From SAR86 cluster bacterium (GTDB taxonomy: Bacteria; Pseudomonadota; Gammaproteobacteria; Magnimaribacterales; D2472), in NCBI GenBank assembly GCA_018607365.1, contig JABBBT010000033.1, forward strand, positions 1 to 59,278: a stretch of 59,278 bases of DNA, given 5' to 3'. A program made the position numbers and the translations under genes. Numbering within the stretch: the first letter of the stretch is position 1; each line of letters begins with the position of its first letter. The notes below the pieces were generated by a model. That model was given only the letters and a program-made list of their open reading frames with translations. It ran no database searches and had not been told where the DNA came from. Positions 18,086 through 28,457 of this stretch are shown here, piece after piece.

Positions 18086-19361
18086 AAAACTATGGAATAA
18101 CAAAACAAGTAATATATCTGAGGAAATTACGTCTTTTTTAGCTGGTGAAGATATTGAGTTGGACAAATTTATATTCATTTATGATGTCGATGCATCTCTA
18201 GCCCATGTCAAAGCTCTGCAGTCTATAGGGATAATAAAAAAAAATGAGCTAACAAAGCTTAGTAAAGCTCTTAAAGTTCTAAGAACGAAGTTTATTAACG
18301 GCACATTTAAGTTAACTAATAAATATGAGGATTGTCACTCAGCCATTGAGTTCTATTTGACTAAAGAGCTTGGCGATCTTGGTAAAAAAGTTCATACAGG
18401 TAGAAGTAGAAATGATCAGGTAATGGTGGCAATGAGATTATTTGCTAAAAAAAATCTTATTGAATTTAAAATAAAGAATAAATTAATTGCTGAAACTTTT
18501 TTAAACTTAGCAAAGAAACACAAAGATTTACCAATGCCAGGATATACTCATCTTCAAAGAGCCATGCCTTCTTCATGGGGCTTGTGGTTTTCTTCATATG
18601 CTGAATCCTTCATTGATAATGTAGATCTAATTAACAATACTATTGATTGGGTTGATTCAAACCCATTGGGAAGTGCGGCTGGTTATGGAGTTGCAATACC
18701 ATTAAATAGAGACTTAGTAACCAAGGAGTTAGGTTTTAGTAGAACTCAGTTAAATAGTTTGTATGTCCAGAATAGCAGAGGTAAGTATGAGATGCAGATA
18801 CTTAATACCTTGAAGCAATCAATGTTAGATATAAGAAAATTTTCATGGGATATGAGTTTATTTTTATCACAAGAATTTGATCTATTATCTATTGATAGTA
18901 AGTATTCAACAGGATCGTCAATTATGCCTAACAAACACAACCCAGATGTCATAGAGATATTAAGAGCAAATTATTCAATTTTAGCTGGCTTTTCATCGGA
19001 ACTGGAAAATTTACTCTCTCTTCCTAGTGGTTATCATAGAGACCTTCAATTAACTAAAAGAAGTCTAATAAATGGTTTTCACACTTCACTTAAATCATTA
19101 GATATTATCCCAGCTTTACTAAAGACAATTAAGATAAACAAAACTAACTCCAACAAATATATAGATAATGAAATGAAAATGACTGACAAAGTTTACTCGC
19201 TTGTTTCTGATGGAGTTCCTTTTAGAGATGCATACAGTCTAGTAAAAAATTCTGATGACCATTCTTTATTACCTGAAAGAAAATCTTTAAATCACTCTAT
19301 GGGATCGCCAGGAAATTTGAATCTCAATTTGTTAGAGAAGAGACTAAAAAAGCAAAAATAA
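18078..19361 (+). CDS. argH: Argininosuccinate lyase
   Basis: HTGRSRNDQ, MPGYTHLQRA, STGSSIMPNKHNPD. Confidence 0.96.
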   Translation: MNKKLWNNKTSNISEEITSFLAGEDIELDKFIFIYDVDASLAHVKALQSIGIIKKNELTKLSKALKVLRTKFINGTFKLTNKYEDCHSAIEFYLTKELGDLGKKVHTGRSRNDQVMVAMRLFAKKNLIEFKIKNKLIAETFLNLAKKHKDLPMPGYTHLQRAMPSSWGLWFSSYAESFIDNVDLINNTIDWVDSNPLGSAAGYGVAIPLNRDLVTKELGFSRTQLNSLYVQNSRGKYEMQILNTLKQSMLDIRKFSWDMSLFLSQEFDLLSIDSKYSTGSSIMPNKHNPDVIEILRANYSILAGFSSELENLLSLPSGYHRDLQLTKRSLINGFHTSLKSLDIIPALLKTIKINKTNSNKYIDNEMKMTDKVYSLVSDGVPFRDAYSLVKNSDDHSLLPERKSLNHSMGSPGNLNLNLLEKRLKKQK

Positions 19362-19408
19362 AATATATAAGTTACTATGATTTAGTAGTTTTATTGGATA
19401 TTTAGTTT

Positions 19409-20683
19409 ATGCAAATACCTGTTAGATTCAGAGTTATTTTTATGTCATTCTTGGCTGTTTTTATTTGCTACATAGATAGAGTGAATATTTCAGTTGCCAT
19501 TATCCCAATGCAAGAACAGTTTGGCTGGAGTGAGTCTCAGGTAGGCATTATTTTTTCTTCTTTTTATCTAGGTTATATTTTTACTATGACTATTGGTGGA
19601 TTTTTAGCTGATAGATATGGTGGCAAAATAGTGCTTGGGTATGGCCTTCTTCTTTGGTCATTATTTACAGTTTTAACTCCAGCATTTGCATATAATGGAT
19701 TTTTTGCAATCTTAACAATAAGAGTCTTAATGGGTCTAGGTGAGGGCATAACCTTTCCTTCTTGGCATGCCTTATATGCTAGATGGATTCCTTTTGAAGA
19801 GAGAACAAGATCAATTGCAATTACAAATAGTGGTATTTCTGTTGGGACTGTTTTTGGATATCTTGTAACAAGTTTAATAATTGCTAGCTATTCATGGGAG
19901 TGGGTCTTTTACTCTTTTGGAATGTTGGGAGTAATTTGGTTCTTTTTTTGGCAGCAAAACGTTACATCATACCCAAGTGACCATAAAGATATATCCTCCA
20001 AAGAGCTTGATTTTATAATTAGAAAGGCACCTGCAAACTCTTCAGCCCCAAAAATTTCTATATTAAAAGTAATAACAAATCTTCCTTTTCTGGCGATAAC
20101 AGTAGCTACCTTTTGTCATAATTGGGCATTATTTATCTTTCTTTCTTATTTACCAAAATTTATTAATAGCCCTGAATCATTAGGAGGATTAGGAATAGCT
20201 TTAGATTCTAGTGTTTTTATCTTTTTAATTTTAATTCCAAGTTTTTTTTCAGTAGTCTCCCTTATTGCTGGAGGTTTTTTAGCAGACAACCTTATAAAGA
20301 AAAAATATCAAGTCATTAAGGTGCGCAAAGTTCTTAACTCTATCGGTTTCTTTGGATCTGCCTGTTGTTTATTTTTAATACCATTTCAAGATTCACACCT
20401 TTTTATAATTTCTCTTTTATGTGCAACAAATATTTGTACTGGAATTGCTGCTGGAGGTTTTGGAGTCAATCATGCTGATTTAGGTCCAAGATATACAGGG
20501 ACATTGGTTGGTATCTCTGGAAGTCTAGGCATGATCGCAGCAGTGATTGGTCCATTAGCTGCAGGCTTCATACTTGATATAACTAATTCTTGGGAATTAA
20601 TATTTCATATATGCTCATACATGTTGTTGTTTGGTGGTATTTTCTATCTGATTTTTGCAAGTACTGATAAGCAATTCGAATAA
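19409..20683 (+). CDS. MFS transporter, anion:cation symporter (SLC17/sialin-like) family
   Basis: ICYIDRVNISVAIIPM, GGFLADRYGGK, RVLMGLGEGITFP; about 12 TM helices. Confidence 0.88.
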   Translation: MQIPVRFRVIFMSFLAVFICYIDRVNISVAIIPMQEQFGWSESQVGIIFSSFYLGYIFTMTIGGFLADRYGGKIVLGYGLLLWSLFTVLTPAFAYNGFFAILTIRVLMGLGEGITFPSWHALYARWIPFEERTRSIAITNSGISVGTVFGYLVTSLIIASYSWEWVFYSFGMLGVIWFFFWQQNVTSYPSDHKDISSKELDFIIRKAPANSSAPKISILKVITNLPFLAITVATFCHNWALFIFLSYLPKFINSPESLGGLGIALDSSVFIFLILIPSFFSVVSLIAGGFLADNLIKKKYQVIKVRKVLNSIGFFGSACCLFLIPFQDSHLFIISLLCATNICTGIAAGGFGVNHADLGPRYTGTLVGISGSLGMIAAVIGPLAAGFILDITNSWELIFHICSYMLLFGGIFYLIFASTDKQFE

Positions 20684-20717
20684 TATTATCACTTATGAAT
20701 TTAAGTTATAATGAACA

Positions 20718-21491
20718 ATGGACACAAAACTAGAGATAGCAAAAAACTGGCTTCCAAGATATACAGGAATGCCATTAGAAATGTTTGGCGATTATATCTT
20801 AATCACTAATTTTAAAGACTATGTTATAAAATTTGCTGATAGATTTAACTGTGATGTTTATGGCGAAGGAAGGGCTATGCAAGCCTCCACTAATAGCGAT
20901 GGACTAACAATTATTAACTATGGCATTGGATCACCCAATGCTGCAACGATAATGGATTTACTTGTTGCTGCAAAGCCTAAAGGTGTTCTTTTTCTTGGAA
21001 AGTGCGGTGGGTTAAAAAATTCTTCAGAAATAGGTAATTTTATTCTGCCAATCGGCGCTATAAGAGGAGATGGAACTTCAAATGATTATTTTCCACCCGA
21101 AGTCCCTGCATTACCCTCATTTAAACTTCATAAATTCGTTTCAGACATCATAATTGAGAAAGAAAGTGATTATAGAACTGGAGTTATTTTCACTACTAAT
21201 AGAAGAGTATGGGAGCATGACAAACGCTTTCTTAAGAGACTTAAAAAGACAACTGCTATTGGTGTTGATATGGAAACCGCAACTGTATTTTCTGTTGGTC
21301 ACTTTAATGAAATTGCAAGAGGGGCATTGCTATTAGTTTCTGATGTTCCATTAACCCCTGAGGGAGTTAAAACAGAAACATCTGATAAAGAAGTGACCCA
21401 AAAGTGGGTAGATTTACATCTAGAAATCGGTATTAAGGCTATGACCGATATTGGCAAAAGTGGAGAAGAGATAAAGCACTTTAAATACTAG
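20718..21491 (+). CDS. amn: AMP nucleosidase, short form
   Basis: NWLPRYTG, GIGSPNAATIMDLL, FLGKCGGL, IRGDGTS, TTNRRVWE, VDMETAT. Confidence 0.88.
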   Translation: MDTKLEIAKNWLPRYTGMPLEMFGDYILITNFKDYVIKFADRFNCDVYGEGRAMQASTNSDGLTIINYGIGSPNAATIMDLLVAAKPKGVLFLGKCGGLKNSSEIGNFILPIGAIRGDGTSNDYFPPEVPALPSFKLHKFVSDIIIEKESDYRTGVIFTTNRRVWEHDKRFLKRLKKTTAIGVDMETATVFSVGHFNEIARGALLLVSDVPLTPEGVKTETSDKEVTQKWVDLHLEIGIKAMTDIGKSGEEIKHFKY

Positions 21492-21495
21492 TTGT

Positions 21496-21996
21496 TTAGA
21501 GAGCTAATCTTTGAAAGTAGTTAAATATATCCTGTAGACTTCTTTCTCTTGCTGTAGTCCACTCTTTTGTAGATGAGCTATTTAGAATATTCATTTCTTT
21601 ATCAAATACAATAACTCTAGGCACTCCTTTTTCTCTAGCAACTCCAAAATAATCCATAAGTTCCATATTTTTATCATATCTTCCAACATCAATATGCATA
21701 ATCTCAAAGTGCTCTGACATAAACTTTTTGATAGAAGGTACTTGCAGTGAACCATCTAATATTCTGCAATCTGGACACCAGTTTCCGCCAAATATTATAA
21801 TTGGTTGCTTTGATTTGCTTGTTGTAGCTTCCATAAATTTTTTAACATCTATCTCAGTACAGATCTCCCCATCATATGGAAGTGGCAGAGGAATACTTAG
21901 CTTATCTTCTGGATTAAGTAGAATTGTTTGTGAATTTAAATCGATAGTCATAAAAATAATTAGTAAAGAAAATATTTTTTTTAATTGTTTTTTCAT
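21496..21996 (-). CDS. Exported thioredoxin-family protein
   Basis: FGGNWCPDCR, GVP; N-terminal signal-like segment. Confidence 0.85.
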   Translation of the reverse strand: MKKQLKKIFSLLIIFMTIDLNSQTILLNPEDKLSIPLPLPYDGEICTEIDVKKFMEATTSKSKQPIIIFGGNWCPDCRILDGSLQVPSIKKFMSEHFEIMHIDVGRYDKNMELMDYFGVAREKGVPRVIVFDKEMNILNSSSTKEWTTARERSLQDIFNYFQRLAL

Positions 21997-22073
21997 GATG
22001 TTAGTTTAATATTAAAAGCATATTGTGAAGATTGTCTTCCGGTATTGCAATAACTTTTAATAATGGCATTTAA

Positions 22074-22496
22074 ATGATTTGGTTAGTAAGATTTTATTTA
22101 TTCTTTATGGGGATTACCTACTTACTAATAGGTTTATGGGCTATTTTAGATCCCTTATTTATCTCCATGGAGATATCCGCTCCTTCTTTTTTAGATGCGG
22201 TTGGATTGAGTATAACTTCAGAAATTGGTTACTCTGAAATTGCGGGATTATATGGTGGTTTAAACATTGGTATTGGTCTAATGTGTATAGTGGGGATTGC
22301 TAAGGAAGCTATTGGTATTTTTTCAATAAAATTTCTTACATTCTTAGCAGGGTCAATTGCGTCTGGTAGAGTACTATTTTCATTACTGCCATCATCACCA
22401 ACTTTCTTTAATAGTTTTTTTGTATTCGAAATTTGTGCAGTAGCTATAGGTTTATGTTTTTTAAGAGTATTAAGTGGATCTAAATCAGATTACTAA
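22074..22496 (+). CDS. Membrane protein (DUF4345-like)
   Basis: Four TM segments; SEIAGLYGGL...GRVLFS pattern. Confidence 0.7.
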   Translation: MIWLVRFYLFFMGITYLLIGLWAILDPLFISMEISAPSFLDAVGLSITSEIGYSEIAGLYGGLNIGIGLMCIVGIAKEAIGIFSIKFLTFLAGSIASGRVLFSLLPSSPTFFNSFFVFEICAVAIGLCFLRVLSGSKSDY

Positions 22497-23430
22497 TATT
22501 TAATATATAAATAAAATATCCTAATACAAAGCAGCAACCAATCAATCTAATAGTCTTTATTCCAAAATACTTAGATGAATACATTGTCGCAACCAAAATA
22601 AATAATAAAGTAACTAACAACATTACTAAATAATCTCTAGAGTAGATTGTTGGATGAAGAGAGGTATTGGAAAAAAATCCAAGAATTGGAACAACCAAGG
22701 CTATATTCATAACATTTGAACCAATTACATTTCCAATTACCATATCATTTTTATTTTTGGTTATTGCTGATATGGTTGCTGCTAATTCTGGCAAGCTTGT
22801 CCCAATTGCAATAATAGTTAATCCAATAATTAATTGAGGGACATTTAATAATATCGCTATAGACTCTGCATGTATGACTGCAAAATGAGATCCTCCTATT
22901 AAAGCTATTAAACCAATAGCAAGAAATAAACTGGTATTACTTATTGGAGAGTCTGGGTCTTCTATTAAGGGGCTAGTGTCTTCATGCGATTTAAATTTAT
23001 ATGTTATTAAAATAAATAAGAAGAATAGTAATACAAAAGTAATACTTTCATATGAAGTGATCTTTAGGTCTTGCAAGCTTAACCCCAATAAAATGGCTCC
23101 TAATAGAAATGGTAGGAACTGAATAAAAGAAGTTTTAGATGGCTTAATACTTATCCCAATGCAAGAAACGCCAAATATAAGAGCAATATTTGAAATATTA
23201 GAGCCAACAACTGTGCCCATGGCTAATTCTTCACTATTATTAATTACTGATGAAATACCTACAAAAATTTCTGGGGCAGAAGTGCCGAGCGCCACTATTG
23301 TTAAACCAATGGTTAATTCACTCATGCCAAGTTTTTTTGCAAGAAGTGATGAGTTATCAACAAATTTGTCAGCACCCCAAACCAAAACTGCTATAGAAGT
23401 AAGAAGGCCGACCAGATGAAATGTAAACAT
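22480..23430 (-). CDS. Calcium/sodium antiporter (CaCA, YrbG-like)
   Basis: Two alpha repeats GTSAPE...GSNISN and GTSLPE...GSNVMN. Confidence 0.93.
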   Translation of the reverse strand: MFTFHLVGLLTSIAVLVWGADKFVDNSSLLAKKLGMSELTIGLTIVALGTSAPEIFVGISSVINNSEELAMGTVVGSNISNIALIFGVSCIGISIKPSKTSFIQFLPFLLGAILLGLSLQDLKITSYESITFVLLFFLFILITYKFKSHEDTSPLIEDPDSPISNTSLFLAIGLIALIGGSHFAVIHAESIAILLNVPQLIIGLTIIAIGTSLPELAATISAITKNKNDMVIGNVIGSNVMNIALVVPILGFFSNTSLHPTIYSRDYLVMLLVTLLFILVATMYSSKYFGIKTIRLIGCCFVLGYFIYILNISNLI

Positions 23431-23564
23431 ATCCTATTTTACATCAGAGAAATGGCTTTAAAAAAATATTTTGTTTAATTATCCGTCAATATATTTTTTA
23501 GGTGGTAGTTTTATAAAAATGCAATATATAATAAGCAGTCAAACATACACATAAGGATAAAATA

Positions 23565-24362
23565 ATGGAAATTAATAGCTTATTTAACGTTACTGGAAAA
23601 GTTGTTGTTGTTACCGGTGGATCAAGAGGAATTGGAGAAATGATAACTGCTGGTTTTTTAGCTAATGGTGCCAAAGTGTATATTTCAGCTAGGAAAGCAC
23701 CACCTCTTATGGAAAAAGCAAAAGAACTATCTGAAAGGTATAACGCAGAATGTATAGCAATACCATGCGATCTTAGTACTTTAGAGGGCATGGATTATTT
23801 CACACAACAAATTACAGAAAAAGAAAATGGTATTGATTTTTTAATTAATAATGCTGGAGCTGCTTGGGGAGAACCCCTAGAAGATTTTTCTGAAACTGGT
23901 TGGGATAAAGTAATGGATCTTAATGTAAAAAGTATTTTCTTCTTAACTCAAAAACTTAAATCACTTCTAAAAACAAATGCAACAATTGATGATCCCTCAA
24001 GAGTCATAAACATAGGATCTATCGATGGACTAAATGTTCCAGCCTTTGAAACATATTCCTACAGCACATCTAAAGCTGCAGTTCATCATTTAACAAGAGT
24101 ACTTGCCAACAAACTTGTAAAGGAAGATATTCTTGTCAATGCAATTGCCCCCGGACCATATCCTAGTGCAATGCTTGGGTCTGCAGTGAATTCGGATTAC
24201 TCTTTCATAGCAGAAGCCAATCCAAGAAAAAGAGTTGGTACCCCTGAGGATATAGCTGGGCTTGCAATATTTTTATGCTCTAGAGCAGGTGCTTATACAG
24301 TTGGTGAGACAATTACATCTGATGGTGGATTAGTAAAGACCGCAGGGCACAAGCTAGGTTAA
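23565..24362 (+). CDS. Short-chain dehydrogenase/reductase
   Basis: TGGSRGIG, NNAG, YSTSK. Confidence 0.93.
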   Translation: MEINSLFNVTGKVVVVTGGSRGIGEMITAGFLANGAKVYISARKAPPLMEKAKELSERYNAECIAIPCDLSTLEGMDYFTQQITEKENGIDFLINNAGAAWGEPLEDFSETGWDKVMDLNVKSIFFLTQKLKSLLKTNATIDDPSRVINIGSIDGLNVPAFETYSYSTSKAAVHHLTRVLANKLVKEDILVNAIAPGPYPSAMLGSAVNSDYSFIAEANPRKRVGTPEDIAGLAIFLCSRAGAYTVGETITSDGGLVKTAGHKLG

Positions 24363-24364
24363 AA

Positions 24365-25267
24365 CTATTTTTTAGCATCTATAAAAGCTTTAATAATAAG
24401 ATCTTTCATCCAAAGGTGACCGCCATCTCCTTCGTCGCTTTTGTGCCATATCAGGAAATATTCCATTGATGGTATTTCTATTGGCACCTCAATAAAAGGA
24501 AGATTATTGGCAATTGCAAAACTCCTAGTGCCCATTAAGACAAGATCTGTTGATCTTAATATTTGAGGGGCAATTAAGAAATGTTGACAGCGAAGGGCCA
24601 CCTCGCGCCTATATCCTATTTTATCTAGCTCTAAGTCAATTAAATGCAAACCTCTTCTTCTGTTAGAGACGTGCAGATGCCTTTGATTTAAGATATCTTC
24701 AATAGTAATATTTTTAATATCAGCGAGATGATGTCCATCTCTATGCATTGCGACCCAATCATCTTCAAATACCTTAAATGAATCAATCTCATCAGATACA
24801 GGAATAACTGGATCCACTACGAAATCTAAATTATTTGTAGCAAGCGCATGAACTTGGTCTGATCTGCTATAAGCATAGCTACCAAGAGATACACTTGAAG
24901 CCTTTTTATCTATCTCATTCATGATAAACGGAAGGACTCTTCCCTCAGAAACATCTCCTAATGAAAGTTTGAATGTTCTCTTTGATATCTTTGGATCAAA
25001 TGTATCAGGCTCATTAACACTTAGTTGCATAAGTGATAATGCATTTTGAATATCTTTAATAATATTTTCTGTTTTCTGAGTTGGAACCATCCCAGAACCA
25101 GTTCTAATAAAAAGGTCATCATTAAATTTTTCTCTTAATCTGGATAGAGCATTACTAACAGCTGGCTGAGTTATACCCACAACTTCTGCAGCTTTGGTTA
25201 AACTGCCCTCGGTGTATATTGCATTCAAAATAACAAATAAATTTAAATCAAATGAACTAATTTTCAT
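24365..25267 (-). CDS. LysR-family transcriptional regulator
   Basis: FDLNL...SLTKAAEVVGITQPAVSNALSRLR helix-turn-helix; divergent from an acyl-CoA dehydrogenase. Confidence 0.95.
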   Translation of the reverse strand: MKISSFDLNLFVILNAIYTEGSLTKAAEVVGITQPAVSNALSRLREKFNDDLFIRTGSGMVPTQKTENIIKDIQNALSLMQLSVNEPDTFDPKISKRTFKLSLGDVSEGRVLPFIMNEIDKKASSVSLGSYAYSRSDQVHALATNNLDFVVDPVIPVSDEIDSFKVFEDDWVAMHRDGHHLADIKNITIEDILNQRHLHVSNRRRGLHLIDLELDKIGYRREVALRCQHFLIAPQILRSTDLVLMGTRSFAIANNLPFIEVPIEIPSMEYFLIWHKSDEGDGGHLWMKDLIIKAFIDAKK

Positions 25268-25418
25268 ATTTACCTCTTTTCAAAATTACTAGCTGATATT
25301 TTGTATTTTTTGATATAGCTTTGTTGTTAACATAGAGCTATTATTAGTTAAATCAATAAACATACTATTCATCAGACTTATAATGGTAACAAATATAAGT
25401 ATATAAAGGGAGATTTAA

Positions 25419-26666
25419 ATGATGTCAGAACTAAGACCAATTGCTCAAGATTTAATAAAAAGAGTTGATGATTTTATTCAGAATGAAATTGCTCATAATG
25501 AAAATTTATACCACGAACAATCGAAAGATGAAAATGGAACATGGGTAGTACCTCCAATTATGGAAGAGATGAAGGCAAAAGCAAAAGCTGCTGGCTTATG
25601 GAATCTTTTTCTACCTGAAAGTAAAAATGGTGCGGGTCTGACTAACTATGAATATGCTCATTTAGCAGAAATTATGGGTGCATACGGTATTGCATCTGAA
25701 GTATTTAATTGTTCAGCTCCTGACACAGGAAATATGGAAGTTTTAGAAAGATATGGAAATGATGAACACAAAGAAAAATACTTAAAACCACTTTTAAATG
25801 GTGACATACGTTCTGCTTTTGCAATGACAGAACCTGGTGTTGCATCATCAGATGCTACTAATATAGCGTCCTCAGCTGTCTTAGATGGTGATGAATACGT
25901 TATCAATGGAGAAAAGTGGTGGACATCTGGGGCTGGAGATCCTAGATGTGAAATATTAATTTTCATGTGCGTAACGAATCCAGAAAATCATAGACACCAG
26001 AGACAATCTCAAATTTTAGTTCCCATGAATTCTGAGGGAATTGAGATTCAAAAGATGATGCATGTATTTGGTTATGATGATGCACCTCACGGTCATGGCC
26101 ATATTAAATTTACAAATGTACGAGTTCCAAAAGAAAATCTATTATTAGGTGAGGGTAGAGGTTTTGAAATTGCTCAGGGAAGGCTAGGGCCGGGCAGAAT
26201 CCATCATTGCATGAGAGCAATTGGTCTCGCTGAAAGAGCTCTAGAAATGATGTGTAGGCATGGTATGGAAAAAGTTGCTTTTGGAAAACCATTAGTCCAG
26301 CTTGGTGGCAATATGGACATTATTGCAAACTCAAGAATTGAAATAGATCAAGCAAGATTGCTTACACTAAAAGCTGCTCAAATGATGGATACAGTTGGAA
26401 ATAAAGTGGCTGCAAGTGAAATAGCTCAAATTAAAGTTGTAGCTCCAAACGTATGTTGTGATGTATTAGATAGGGCTATTCAAATGCATGGTGGCGCTGG
26501 TGTTTCACAGGTATATCCACTTGCACAAATGTATGCCCATATGAGAACTCTAAGACTTGCAGATGGTCCGGATGAAGTTCATAGAAGAGCTGTAGCAAGA
26601 CATGAGCTTGGCAAATATATGGTGAAAGATTCAGGTGTAGAGTCTTCAAACATATCCAGAAGCTAA
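25419..26666 (+). CDS. Acyl-CoA dehydrogenase
   Basis: [52 protein letters not shown]; RBS GGGAG. Confidence 0.94.
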   Translation: MMSELRPIAQDLIKRVDDFIQNEIAHNENLYHEQSKDENGTWVVPPIMEEMKAKAKAAGLWNLFLPESKNGAGLTNYEYAHLAEIMGAYGIASEVFNCSAPDTGNMEVLERYGNDEHKEKYLKPLLNGDIRSAFAMTEPGVASSDATNIASSAVLDGDEYVINGEKWWTSGAGDPRCEILIFMCVTNPENHRHQRQSQILVPMNSEGIEIQKMMHVFGYDDAPHGHGHIKFTNVRVPKENLLLGEGRGFEIAQGRLGPGRIHHCMRAIGLAERALEMMCRHGMEKVAFGKPLVQLGGNMDIIANSRIEIDQARLLTLKAAQMMDTVGNKVAASEIAQIKVVAPNVCCDVLDRAIQMHGGAGVSQVYPLAQMYAHMRTLRLADGPDEVHRRAVARHELGKYMVKDSGVESSNISRS

Positions 26667-26673
26667 CCTTATT

Positions 26674-28083
26674 TTGACAAATAATTTCAATTTAGTTTTT
26701 TACGACACTGAAACGACTGGGATTCAGAAAGACTTTAGTCAAATTCTTCAATGCGGATCTGTTCTAACTAATAGTTCATTAGATACATTAGATGAGCAAA
26801 ATATAGGATGTGCTCCTTTACCCTGGGTTATACCTCAACCTATGGCAATGATTACTAACAAAAAGATAGATCTTTTTAATTCAAATATATCTCATTATCA
26901 AATGATGAAGGATCTTCAACTTCAATGGAAAGAATGGTCTGCACAAAACCCATCAATATTTATAACTTATAACGGGCATGCTTTTGATGAAGAGCTGGTT
27001 AGAAGACAGTTTTTTTGGAACCTATTGGAACCTTATACGACTAATACCAATGGTAATGGCAGACTAGATTTAATGTTAATGATTCATAATATTGCTGCAT
27101 ATTTTTCTGATGAAATATCTATGCCATTATTTGAAGGAGGTCCGGGCATTAGTTATAAGTTAGAGCATTTAGCCATAGAGCATGGTATTGATGCAGGTGA
27201 TGCGCATGATGCAATAGCCGATTGTAATCTTATGATTGAGATGTGCAGAATTATCAAGGAAAGACTACCTGAGGTATTTGAATCCTTTGTGAATATTTCA
27301 ACAAAGCCTGGAATTAAATCTTTGCTTTATTCTGAAGAATTTTTAGCATTGGGTGAAATTCATAGAAGGCATACATTTAAGTACCCAGTGGTTTTATGTG
27401 GTGCTGATGCTAGTAGACCTAATGAAATTGTTTTCTATGATTTAAGTTATGATCCTGAAGACATACTCGATTTAGACTTTACGGAAATAAATAAATTAAT
27501 TCAATCAAAAGGCCGAGACGGACCCCTTAAAAAATACAAAATTAACAAAACAATCCCCGTATGTTCTTCAAAATATCTTAAAAATCCAGATGTTTTTGAT
27601 ATAGAATTTTCTGAATTACAAAGAAGAGCAGATTTAGTTAGATCAGATAAAGATTTCCAACAAAAAGTATCTCAAGCTATGGAAGATAGGATGATGAGTT
27701 TTCCTGAGTCTGAGCATATTGAAGGAACCATATATTCAGGTGGTTTTCCTTCATACAAAGATAAAGATTTAATGCAAGAATTTCATATGTCTAAGGATCT
27801 TAATCATTTAGTAAAAATTTCTAGAAACTTCGAAGATGAAAGATTGAGAATTTTTGCAGAAAGAATAATATGTACTGAATATTCAACGAATATACCTGAT
27901 GATATTAACAATAGGTATCAGGAACTCATAGATGAGAGAAATGGAACAGACGGTTTGTGGGGCTCAATAGACAAATCCCTATTACAAATTGAAAAATTGC
28001 TAGTTGAAAGAGACGATGCTGAGAGTCAAAAAATACTTAGCGCTACTAAGATAAAAATTGAGTCTATGAAAGTAGGTTTATAA
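26674..28083 (+). CDS. sbcB: Exodeoxyribonuclease I (DEDDh)
   Basis: FYDTETTG, YNGHAFDEE, YKLEHLA...AHDAIAD, IYSGGF; TTG start. Confidence 0.82.
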   Translation: MTNNFNLVFYDTETTGIQKDFSQILQCGSVLTNSSLDTLDEQNIGCAPLPWVIPQPMAMITNKKIDLFNSNISHYQMMKDLQLQWKEWSAQNPSIFITYNGHAFDEELVRRQFFWNLLEPYTTNTNGNGRLDLMLMIHNIAAYFSDEISMPLFEGGPGISYKLEHLAIEHGIDAGDAHDAIADCNLMIEMCRIIKERLPEVFESFVNISTKPGIKSLLYSEEFLALGEIHRRHTFKYPVVLCGADASRPNEIVFYDLSYDPEDILDLDFTEINKLIQSKGRDGPLKKYKINKTIPVCSSKYLKNPDVFDIEFSELQRRADLVRSDKDFQQKVSQAMEDRMMSFPESEHIEGTIYSGGFPSYKDKDLMQEFHMSKDLNHLVKISRNFEDERLRIFAERIICTEYSTNIPDDINNRYQELIDERNGTDGLWGSIDKSLLQIEKLLVERDDAESQKILSATKIKIESMKVGL

Positions 28084-28110
28084 AAAAATGGAGGACTAAG
28101 TCCTCCATTT
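28082..28110 (-). terminator. Intrinsic terminator, strongest on minus strand (possibly bidirectional)
   Basis: AAATGGAGGAC-taa-GTCCTCCATTT 11-bp stem; the A7 run on its left reads as U7 on the minus strand. Confidence 0.85.
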
Positions 28111-28150
28111 AGACTAGCAAATTCTAATAGGGGGGAGACGTTGCTAGCTG
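28082..28150 (-). ncRNA. Candidate small RNA (~70 nt)
   Basis: Minus-strand TTGATA-16-TACAAT promoter (28183-28156), CTAGCAA/TTGCTAG hairpin enclosing CGTCTCCCCCCTATTAGAAT, then terminator. Confidence 0.55.
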
Positions 28151-28293
28151 CACGTATTGTATTAATACTTTCATTCTTATCAATACAATTTCCTCTAATA
28201 ATCCATTTATCGCTAGGAGATAATATATATATTTAAAGAACATATTTTTTTGGAACACTGAAGATAATAAATTCTGTATAATACTTTTCTCTT

Positions 28294-28372
28294 AGACCCG
28301 TAGCTCAGTTTTGGTTAGAGCGCCGCATTGACATTGCGGAGGTCGATGGTTCGAGTCCATTCGGGTCTACCA
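28294..28372 (+). tRNA. tRNA-Val(GAC)
   Basis: AGACCCG/CGGGTCT acceptor, CCGCA-TTGACAT-TGCGG anticodon arm, GTTCGA, CCA. Confidence 0.95.
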
Positions 28373-28457
28373 CTTTATTTTAAATACCAAGAACCTTTAA
28401 TGACTTGCACTTAAAAGTTATGAGAATGCTAAACTCTTTAAATATTATTATAGGATT

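Noticed and set aside
28124-28243. 39-codon minus-strand ORF MFFKYIYYLLAINGLLEEIVLIRMKVLIQYVQLATSPPY
   Set aside because: No RBS or recognisable homology, and it runs through the predicted sRNA promoter; an RNA gene explains the region better, though the ORF is not excluded.
12175-28372. Genomic island between tRNA-Leu and tRNA-Val
   Set aside because: No integrase, no duplicated tRNA 3' end found, and no obvious compositional shift by eye.
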